A stretch of DNA of 64,000 nt from an uncultured delta proteobacterium (GTDB lineage Bacteria; Desulfobacterota; Desulfobacteria; Desulfobacterales; UBA11574), in contig CAVPLW010000022.1 of the NCBI GenBank assembly GCA_963706295.1, positions 46,437 to 110,436 of the forward strand, in the 5' to 3' direction. This document shows positions 54,777 to 62,263 of this stretch, one piece after another. The notes under the pieces were generated by a model, which was not told the DNA's origin, did no database searches, and worked only from the letters and a program-made list of their open reading frames with translations. The stretch's first letter is position 1, and every line of letters starts with the position of its first letter. Made by a program: the position numbers and the translations under genes.

Positions 54777-54984
54777 ATTTTTCATAGACAATCTTGAATC
54801 GATTCAACAAATATAAACTCACCGCCCGCCCAATTGGTTACACCATTATTTCGTCAGCATGTTTTTTTGCCTAAATCCTCATTTGACGGGCTTTTACCTA
54901 TTGACTTTATAATTTTGTTGCTGTAACCCGTAAAAATTAGGGGTGATAATGCATGAATGAACCATTAAGAAAAGGAGGGAACAG

Positions 54985-55257
54985 ATGACAAAAGCAGAAT
55001 TGATCGAAGTTATGTCAACGGATGCAAAAATTTCTAAAGTTGCAGCTGGCGCCGCCCTGGAATCTTTTATGGAAAATGTTACAAAAGCGCTGAAGAAAAA
55101 AGACGGCAAGGTTACATTGGTGGGGTTTGGTACTTTTGCAAAAGTTCGAAGAAAAGCTCGGAAAGGGCGTAATCCTCAGACAGGGGAACCCATGAAGATC
55201 AAGGCAAGAAATGCTGTAACTTTCAAGGCTGGAAAAAAACTCAAAGACGCGGTTTAA
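54985..55257 (+). CDS. hup: HU-family nucleoid-associated DNA-binding protein
   Basis: MTKAELIEVMS...LVGFGTFAKVRRKARKGRNPQTGEPMKIKARNAVTFKAGKKLKDAV is canonical HU. The RBS is AAAGGAGGG. Confidence 0.92.
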   Translation: MTKAELIEVMSTDAKISKVAAGAALESFMENVTKALKKKDGKVTLVGFGTFAKVRRKARKGRNPQTGEPMKIKARNAVTFKAGKKLKDAV

Positions 55258-55466
55258 GGCCATCTCTAATCATTGACAAAAGGCGGTTTGATCGGCTTTA
55301 CCATAAGTTGATTGGCCGCTTTTTCTTTTTGATCAATGGTGCCGGTCCTGCCCCTATTCTCCTTGACAAGGAACGTGATTCTAATTAAAATTCTTCAACA
55401 TTTAGGTTAAACTAAAAAAAACAGCCTTTTCGGTTAACCATTAAACAGGTGATTGGAAACTTTTGA

Positions 55467-57182
55467 ATGAACAATGTATCAACAATTGAATATCATGGCG
55501 GACCGCCTGTCCAACTGATCGTCAATGAAGAGCGGGCCACCACACTCAAGGAGATTTCCCTGAACCTGCCGGACATTACCTTGAATGACCGGCAACTTTG
55601 TGATCTCGAACTCTTGGCAACAGGGGCCTTTTCTCCCCTTGACGGCTTTATGACCCGATCTGACTATGAGTCTGTGCTTGACCGCATGCGATTGCAAAAC
55701 AACGTTCTTTGGCCCATACCGATATGCCTTGGCATTTCCGACACCAAGGCACGAACTCTGGAAGTCGGCCAATCGGTGACGTTAAGAGATCACGAAGGAT
55801 TCTTACTGGCCATCATGCATATTGAGGATATGTGGCCGGTGGATCGGGAAAAAGAAGCATCGCTGGTATATGGTACCACCGACATAACGCATCAGGGTGT
55901 CAAGTATCTATTGAGTGCTGAGGGTGATTATTACATCGGGGGTAAACTCGAGGTTTTAAGCGTTCCCCTTCACTTTGACTTCAAACAACTTCGTATGACA
56001 CCGCAGGAAATCCGGCGTGTGTATCAAAAACTAAAATGGAAGAGGATTTTGGGATTTCAGACACGAAACCCCATCCAGCGTCTTCAGTTTGAAATGACGG
56101 TAAAAGCCATGCGGCAGGCCAAGGCCAATCTGCTCCTTCTACCGGTTACCGGCATGACAAAACCCGGTGATTTTGACCATTACACGAGAGTCCGGTGTTA
56201 TAGGGCTGTGGCCCGACATTATCCTCCGGATTCTTTTGTACTGAACCTGCTGCCTCTTTCCATGCGTTTGGCCGGCCCCAGAGAGGCGCTTTTGCATACC
56301 ATCATTGCTAAAAATTATGGTTGTACTCATTTTGTTGTCGGACGAGACCATGCCAGTCCGGGAACAGATGCGGCCGGGAAGCCATTTTACGAGAGTCATG
56401 CAGCCCAAGAATTGACTGAGGAATACAGCGGAGATATCGGTGTGACCATTATTCCTTTTGAAGAACTCGTCTATTTGCCTTTTGAAGATGAGTATCGTTC
56501 TTCAGATCAGATACCCGAGGGAGAGCAGTATATTTCTTTTTCAAGCTCTGATATTCGTGAACGAATCAGAACAGGACGTAGAATACCGGAGTGGGCAACG
56601 ATTACAGAAGTTGTGGCTGAACTGAAAAAAGCATATCCATCCCCGGATAAACAGGGCTTTACAATATTTTTCACAGGCCTTTCAGGTGCGGGAAAATCGA
56701 CCATTGCCAAAGTGCTCTATGCGCGCTTTCTGGAAATGGGCGATCGGCCGGTCACTTTGTTAGACGGCGATATTGTACGTCGAAATCTGTCGAGCCAGCT
56801 TAGTTTTTCCAAAGAGGACAGAGATATCAATGTTCGGCGCATCGGTTTTGTGGCCGGTGAGATCACCAAAAATCGCGGCATCGCCATTTGCGCACCCATT
56901 GCACCTTACAATGGCACCAGATCGGAAATCAGGAACGCCATCGAAAGCTATGGCGGATTTATCGAGGTGCATGTGTCCACCCCGATAAATGTTTGTGAAA
57001 AAAGAGATCGAAAGGGGATGTATGCCAAGGCCCGGGCCGGGTTGATCAAAGGATTTACCGGGGTTGATGATCCCTACGAGATTCCTGAATCACCGGAGGT
57101 GAGAATCGACACTGCCGATCTTACACCCGATGAAGCCGCCCAGGAGATTTTGTTGTTTTTGGGACAGAAAGGATACATTTGA
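55467..57182 (+). CDS. Bifunctional sulfate adenylyltransferase / adenylyl-sulfate kinase (Sat-CysC fusion)
   Basis: ATP sulfurylase motifs (QTRNPIQRLQ, HFVVGRDHASPG) are followed by an APS-kinase domain (FFTGLSGAGKSTIA, LDGDIVRRNL). Confidence 0.9.
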   Translation: MNNVSTIEYHGGPPVQLIVNEERATTLKEISLNLPDITLNDRQLCDLELLATGAFSPLDGFMTRSDYESVLDRMRLQNNVLWPIPICLGISDTKARTLEVGQSVTLRDHEGFLLAIMHIEDMWPVDREKEASLVYGTTDITHQGVKYLLSAEGDYYIGGKLEVLSVPLHFDFKQLRMTPQEIRRVYQKLKWKRILGFQTRNPIQRLQFEMTVKAMRQAKANLLLLPVTGMTKPGDFDHYTRVRCYRAVARHYPPDSFVLNLLPLSMRLAGPREALLHTIIAKNYGCTHFVVGRDHASPGTDAAGKPFYESHAAQELTEEYSGDIGVTIIPFEELVYLPFEDEYRSSDQIPEGEQYISFSSSDIRERIRTGRRIPEWATITEVVAELKKAYPSPDKQGFTIFFTGLSGAGKSTIAKVLYARFLEMGDRPVTLLDGDIVRRNLSSQLSFSKEDRDINVRRIGFVAGEITKNRGIAICAPIAPYNGTRSEIRNAIESYGGFIEVHVSTPINVCEKRDRKGMYAKARAGLIKGFTGVDDPYEIPESPEVRIDTADLTPDEAAQEILLFLGQKGYI

Positions 57183-57262
57183 AAATTAAATGGTAAATAG
57201 TAAACAGTCAATTGCGTGTAGTGGTGAGTGAATCGTGAAAGACAATCAAAATTAGAGGTGCA

Positions 57263-58148
57263 ATGAGAGATAAATCATACCAATTAAAGGACCACCTGCT
57301 AACCGCATTATTGGCTTCAAAAGAGGCCGGTCTGGCCATTCTAGAGGTATATAAACAGGATTTTGATGTTTCGTACAAAGAGGACCAGTCACCACTAACC
57401 CTTGCGGACCAGCGCTCCCACAACATCATTGTTGATCATTTGACCGATCCGGGCGGGAAAAGTCTTCCGATTCTGAGCGAAGAAGGAAAAGGCATCCCCT
57501 TTGAAGAAAGGCGCGCATGGGAGTATTTCTGGCTGATCGATCCCTTGGACGGCACCAAGGAATTTATTAAGAGAAATGGAGAATTTACTGTAAATATCGC
57601 TTTGATATATCAACATCGGCCGGTTCTCGGGGTAATTTTTGCCCCGGTGAATAACGTTTTCTATTTTGCATCTGAAGGTTTTGGCTCTTACAGACTAAAA
57701 AACGATAATGCCTTTGAGTTTTTAGGGGGCAAGGCTTCTGAAATTGAAAGGGACAGCGTGTTAAAGGAAATTTTAAAGCAATCCGATAAATTGCCGTATT
57801 ATGATACGACCATTAGATACTCACGACTCACGGTTGGTCATCGTGGGCAGTCGTTCTCACCCTTCTAAGGAGTTTGAAGCTTTTGTGAAAACCATGAGGA
57901 AGCAGCATGCGAAGGTAGAAGTTATTTCGTCCGGCAGTTCTTTAAAGCTGTGCCTGGTGGCCGAAGGCAGGGCAGATATATATCCCAGACTGGGACCGAC
58001 TATGGAGTGGGATACTGCTGCCGGTCAAGCCATTGTAGAACAAGCAAATGGCAGTGTATTGAATTATGAGACGGGTGAACCGCTGCAATACAACAAAAAA
58101 AACCTTTTAAATTCTTGGTTTATTGTCAAAACTCAACGGAATTCGTGA
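57263..58148 (+). pseudogene. cysQ: 3'(2'),5'-bisphosphate nucleotidase CysQ, frameshifted by a perfect 7-bp tandem duplication
   Basis: Inositol-monophosphatase-family motifs ILSEEG, WLIDPLDGTKEF in ORF 57263-57868 and WDTAAGQAIV in ORF 57801-58148 (+1 frame). ACTCACG occurs twice in tandem at 57819-57825 and 57826-57832. Deleting one copy restores ...TTIRYSRLVIVGSRSHPSKEF.... Confidence 0.85.
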
Positions 58149-58193
58149 TTTCCGGACGGACACTTACGTTAATTTGTTCATCAGCTGAATCAT

Positions 58194-58228
58194 ACAAAAA
58201 GGGGTTATAGCATTACCTATAACCCCTT
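58194..58228 (-). terminator. Rho-independent terminator downstream of tRNA-Val (also positioned after cysQ on the plus strand)
   Basis: Perfect 12-bp stem AAGGGGTTATAG-CATTAC-CTATAACCCCTT (58199-58228). The minus-strand transcript continues with UUUGU. Confidence 0.7.
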
Positions 58229-58236
58229 GATTTCAC

Positions 58237-58311
58237 TGGTAGGCGGTACTGGGATTGAACCAGTGACTTCTACCGTGTGAAGGTAGCACTCTCCCTCTGA
58301 GTTAACCGCCC
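58237..58311 (-). tRNA. tRNA-Val (anticodon CAC), CCA encoded
   Basis: The minus strand reads GGGCGGTTAACTCAGAGGGAGAGTGCTACCTTCACACGGTAGAAGTCACTGGTTCAATCCCAGTACCGCCTACCA. The cloverleaf has a 7-bp acceptor stem (G1-U72 wobble), D stem ACTC/GAGT, anticodon stem CTACC/GGTAG with loop TTCACAC, and T arm ACTGG-TTCAATC-CCAGT. Confidence 0.88.
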
Positions 58312-58315
58312 GTTA

Positions 58316-58594
58316 TTATGGCTTATCTACATTTTCCTTTAATTCTTTGCCGACCTTGAAAAAGGGCAATTTTTTAGAAGTGACATGAATCTGGGCGCCG
58401 GTTTTTGGGTTTCGTCCCGTGTATGGCTTGTAATGTTTTACCGAAAAACTGCCAAAACCTCTGATTTCAACCCGTTCGCCTTTTGCAAGTGTTTCTTTTA
58501 ATGAATCGAAAAACGTATCGACAACTTTTCCAGCATCTTTTCTACTAAGCGCCACTTTGTCTTTTAGGGCATTAATTAAATCGGATCGGTTCAT
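58316..58594 (-). CDS. ihfB: Integration host factor beta-like subunit (HU/IHF family)
   Basis: [49 protein letters not shown] closely parallels the IhfB pattern [26 protein letters not shown]...PHFKPGKELR. Confidence 0.85.
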   Translation of the reverse strand: [92 protein letters not shown]

Positions 58595-58879
58595 AACGAC
58601 TCCTTAATAATAGTAAATCGTTGAGTCATATTAGTAAGTGTCCCTCCACAAACGGCATCTTTCGGCTCAAGCCTGCGTTCTCATCTTTTTGCAATCCTCG
58701 ACGTAGCGCTGCTACGCCTGTGGTTGCAAAAAGACTGCGGCCTTGCCCTGATCCGAAATCTACCATTTCTGGAGGGGCACTAGTACGTATTGCTTCAAGT
58801 CACTGAAGGATATTCATTATTTATATAGGTATTAAAAAAATTTAAGTCAAGCACTTTTTAACATATTTAAAACAACGTG

Positions 58880-59422
58880 TTAATCCATATTTTCTGATGC
58901 CGCATCGCTGAGTTCTGAAATTTCTTTTGGTGTTGGAAGGTCTTCAAGATTTTTTAGATCGAATACTTCAAGAAATTGTTTTGTGGTTGCATAAATATGC
59001 GGCCGGCCTGGAATCGCCTTTCTCCCCAGAATCCGCACCAATTTTCTCTCAAGCAGCATGCGAAGAATCCCTCCGCAATCGACGCCCCGAATATGTTCTA
59101 TATCACTACGAATTATAGGTTGTTTATAGGCGATAATGGCTAGTGTCTCAAGGGCAGGTTTGCTGATACGCAACGGTTTGGGTTGAATAAGCCGTTTAAT
59201 CCATTCTCTATATTCCGGACGGGTACGGATCTGATATCCACCGGCAACTTCGCGTAAAAAGAACCCCCCTTTTCGATTTTCATATTCAGATGACAGTTCG
59301 GTGAGTGCGTTTTGAATCTCTTTCTTTCCAGCCAGAGCGAGGATGTCCTTGATACGATCGATTGTAAGCGGTTCCTCGGCCACCAGAAGGAGGCTTTCGA
59401 TAATGTTTTTTATATCTTCCAT
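58880..59422 (-). CDS. scpB: SMC-Scp complex subunit ScpB
   Basis: IESLLLVAEEPLTIDRI...GGYQIRTRPEY...LSKPALETLAIIAYKQPIIRSDIEHIRGV is typical of ScpB. Confidence 0.9.
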   Translation of the reverse strand: MEDIKNIIESLLLVAEEPLTIDRIKDILALAGKKEIQNALTELSSEYENRKGGFFLREVAGGYQIRTRPEYREWIKRLIQPKPLRISKPALETLAIIAYKQPIIRSDIEHIRGVDCGGILRMLLERKLVRILGRKAIPGRPHIYATTKQFLEVFDLKNLEDLPTPKEISELSDAASENMD

Positions 59423-60147
59423 TACAAGTAAAAGAGTCTGATAATGCCGGTTTGAGTGTTCTGGACAATATGGATCAATGAGAGCCTGACCATTTCAAGA
59501 ATTGCAAGAAATGTAACGACAACTTCACTTTTATCGGTATTCATGGGAAAAAGCTCATTAAACGTTACCGATTTCCGGGTTTCGAAAATTTCTACGATTT
59601 GAACGATTCTATCCCTGACCGAAACGGTATCTGCGGTAATAATATCTACACCGCGATGTTCAGATATCTTTTCAAGTATTGTTTGAAACGCATCGATAAG
59701 TTCAAACAGACCGATTTTTATGATTTCGCCGTCTTGATCCATCGAGTGATTTTCCTGATTCGGATTTCTGACAAAAGTATCTTCTCCCAAAAGATTCCTT
59801 GCGATCAGCTCATTGGCTGCTGACTTCATTTGGAGGTATTCTTCAAGTGGTTTGACAATCTCCAGTCGAGGATCTTCATCGTCAGTTTCTTCTTCATGAA
59901 CCGGGAGGAGCATTCTAGATTTAATTTTCGTCAAAGTCGATGCCATTAAGATGAAGTCACCGGCAACATCTATGTTTATGGCTTTCATCCACTGAAGGTA
60001 TTCGAGATACTGTTCTGTTATTAGTGCAATGGGGATATCATAGATGTCCATTTCATGTTTTTTGATCAAATGTACCAAAAGATCCATTGGACCTTCGAAA
60101 ATGTCATCAATTTGCACTTTATAGAGTTTTTCCTGCATGTCTATCAT
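59422..60147 (-). CDS. scpA: Segregation and condensation protein A (ScpA kleisin)
   Basis: FEGPMDLLVHLIKKHEMDIYDIPIALITEQYLEYL is the ScpA N-terminal signature. The stop overlaps the scpB start. Confidence 0.9.
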   Translation of the reverse strand: MIDMQEKLYKVQIDDIFEGPMDLLVHLIKKHEMDIYDIPIALITEQYLEYLQWMKAINIDVAGDFILMASTLTKIKSRMLLPVHEEETDDEDPRLEIVKPLEEYLQMKSAANELIARNLLGEDTFVRNPNQENHSMDQDGEIIKIGLFELIDAFQTILEKISEHRGVDIITADTVSVRDRIVQIVEIFETRKSVTFNELFPMNTDKSEVVVTFLAILEMVRLSLIHIVQNTQTGIIRLFYL

Positions 60148-60179
60148 CTTGTTTTGTCAGGGTTATCAGGAGTAATACT

Positions 60180-61166
60180 TTACATTTTTATGGCTGCTTT
60201 GACTTCTGTCATGGTTTGTCGGGCGACCTTCCGGGCTTTCTCGCATCCATCCTCAATAATGTCGTCAACAAGATGTGGCCGTGTTTCATAATATGCTCTC
60301 TTTTCACGCAAGGGTTCAAGGGCGTTAATCAGATGTCGGGCCATGATCTCTTTGCATTCGACACACCCGATTTCAGCGGTTCGGCATTCTCGGTTTATTC
60401 TTTCGACGGTTTGGTTGTCGCTGTAAAGCTTATGAAACTCATAAACATTACAACCATCGGGATCGCCGGGATCGCTTTTTCTGGCGCGTTGGGGATCTGT
60501 CAGCATTTTGGCAACTTTGGCGGTAATTTCGTCTGGACTGTCCGACAAGAAAATAGCATTGTTATAACTTTTACTCATTTTACGTCGGTCGATACCGAGT
60601 ATTTTGGGGGTTTGGGTCAGAATCGATTCAGGTTCCGGAAATACTTCACCGTAAAAATGGTTGAATCTCCTTGCGATTTCGCGCGTGATTTCGACGTGTG
60701 GCACCTGATCGACACCAACAGGGACGCCATAGGCCTTATACATAATAATGTCTGCAGCCTGGAGCACCGGATAGCCAAGGAATCCAAAAGTGGAAAGATC
60801 CTTGTTGCTGAGTTGAACAATCTGGTCTTTGTAAGTGGGGTTGCGCTCCAGCCATGGAACCGGTGTTATCATGGAAAGGACTAAAAACAGTTCAGCATGT
60901 TCCTTGATGCGTGATTGGATAAAAAGCGTGCTTTTATCCGGCAAAAGACCAGCACTCAGCCAGTCTATTAACATGTTTCGGACATATTCTGAGATATGTG
61001 CGGTATCTTCATAATCACTGGTCAGTGCATGCCAGTCGGCGATAAAGAAAAAGCAGTCATACTGTTCTTGCATGTTTACCCAGTTAGCAAGTGCGCCATG
61101 CAGATTGCCAAGGTGAAGCGGTCCGGTGGGACGCATTCCGCTTAATATCCTTTTTTTCACTGTCAT
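60180..61166 (-). CDS. trpS: Tryptophan--tRNA ligase
   Basis: SGMRPTGPLHLGNLHG (HIGH-type) and KMSKS (RKMSKSYNN), 328 aa. Confidence 0.93.
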   Translation of the reverse strand: MTVKKRILSGMRPTGPLHLGNLHGALANWVNMQEQYDCFFFIADWHALTSDYEDTAHISEYVRNMLIDWLSAGLLPDKSTLFIQSRIKEHAELFLVLSMITPVPWLERNPTYKDQIVQLSNKDLSTFGFLGYPVLQAADIIMYKAYGVPVGVDQVPHVEITREIARRFNHFYGEVFPEPESILTQTPKILGIDRRKMSKSYNNAIFLSDSPDEITAKVAKMLTDPQRARKSDPGDPDGCNVYEFHKLYSDNQTVERINRECRTAEIGCVECKEIMARHLINALEPLREKRAYYETRPHLVDDIIEDGCEKARKVARQTMTEVKAAIKM

Positions 61167-61212
61167 TTAGAATCTCCTCTGCCGCAGATTTAAGTGTCTC
61201 TTTAACATTGTA

Positions 61213-61236
61213 TCTCAAGTTTCGCACCCTTTTTTT
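61213..61236 (-). repeat. Dispersed intergenic repeat, copy 1c (inverted; core GGGTGCGAAACTTGA)
   Basis: The plus strand TCAAGTTTCGCACCC (61215-61229) is the reverse complement of the core at 8144-8158 and 15443-15457. It lies 49 nt upstream of the trpS ATG, in the same relative orientation as copy 1a to its gene. Confidence 0.65.
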
Positions 61237-61325
61237 GTTGAAGCCTTATCTAATTTTATTTGGATGAGCCCTCGGGATGTTTTTCTAAAAAGTCGCTACA
61301 TGGATAATCCTTTTTTAAACCGCGT

Positions 61326-61500
61326 GAACTCGCGGCAAGGGCTCGTAAAGAAAGAATAGGGATTAATTTTTGAAGAATCAATAGGTTCACTATACAATCT
61401 GCAGATCCTTTTAAAGATGCGAGTTCGGCATGCGCCTGTTCTTCCTAACGATCCCTAAGCCACTCAAACAGCACCCGATTTAAAAAAGAATCATCCATTC
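61326..61500 (+). repeat. Dispersed intergenic repeat, copy Y (matches copy X)
   Basis: GAACTCGCGGCAAGGGCTCGTAAAGAAAGAA (61326-61356) and ACGATCCCTAAGCCACTCAAACAGC (61448-61472) match the two blocks of 41886-42096 with similar spacing (91 versus 81 nt). Confidence 0.65.
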
Positions 61501-61552
61501 CGCTAATATTCCCCGATAAATCGGGATCTACGCTTCGCTCCGGCAATCTTCA

Positions 61553-61586
61553 ATGAAAAATCGTCAATCATCAATCGTTTGACGAT
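61553..61586 (-). terminator. Rho-independent terminator of the site-2 protease gene
   Basis: Stem TCGTCAA (61561-61567) / TTGACGA (61579-61585). On the minus strand it is followed by TTTTTCATT. Confidence 0.6.
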
Positions 61587-61600
61587 CAAATCGGTTTGCA

Positions 61601-62263
61601 CTATCTTCCCAGCAAAATATTGAACATCGGGGTCAAAAAAAATGACAGTAATTTATCCAGAAGATTTGTTAGAAGCAAGAAAATAATGATGATCATGCCG
61701 AATCGTTCCAAACGGACAAATTGGATTCTTAATGGCGCAGGCAGACACATGGCAAGTATTTTGCTTCCATCAAGGGGAGGTATGGGGATCAGGTTAAATA
61801 TGGCAAGGACCAAATTAATCACCACACTGTAAAAGAGCATAGAATAAAGGTCCATAATAAAAGGGTTGAAGATGGATGTTTGCCAAAACAATTTATAATA
61901 GGTCAGAATCTGAAAGAGAATCCCCGATAAAAACGCGAGTATAAAATTGGCCAAAACTCCAGCCGAGGCAACATAGATTGTACTTTTTCGAACATCCCTA
62001 AGATTAGAAAAATTGACCGGCACGGGTTTGGCATAACCAAAGATTACCGGTGAACCGGTCAATTTTAACATGAGTGGCAGGAGCAACGATCCAAAGAAAT
62101 CCAAGTGTTTAATGGGGTTGAGCGTCAATCTCCCTGCTTTTTGTGCAGTATAATCTCCCATTCGTAAAGCGATATATCCGTGCGCAACCTCATGTATGGT
62201 AACGGAGAATAAAAGCGGAACGATCATCACAACAATCTGATTCAGGTTTATATTACTGAACAT
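61601..62263 (-). CDS. Site-2 protease (peptidase M50) family membrane metalloprotease
   Basis: HEVAHG (HExxH) in TM1 and a late NLIPIPPLDGSK motif, 220 aa, polytopic. Confidence 0.88.
   Translation of the reverse strand: MFSNINLNQIVVMIVPLLFSVTIHEVAHGYIALRMGDYTAQKAGRLTLNPIKHLDFFGSLLLPLMLKLTGSPVIFGYAKPVPVNFSNLRDVRKSTIYVASAGVLANFILAFLSGILFQILTYYKLFWQTSIFNPFIMDLYSMLFYSVVINLVLAIFNLIPIPPLDGSKILAMCLPAPLRIQFVRLERFGMIIIIFLLLTNLLDKLLSFFLTPMFNILLGR

Noticed and set aside
55336-55350. TGGTGC-CGGTC-CTGC as a sigma-54 promoter for the sat-cysC gene.
   Set aside because: The GG/GC spacing is right, but both elements deviate from consensus (TGGTGC, CTGC). It overlaps the region just after the hup terminator-like sequence, and no upstream palindrome or nearby activator supports it.
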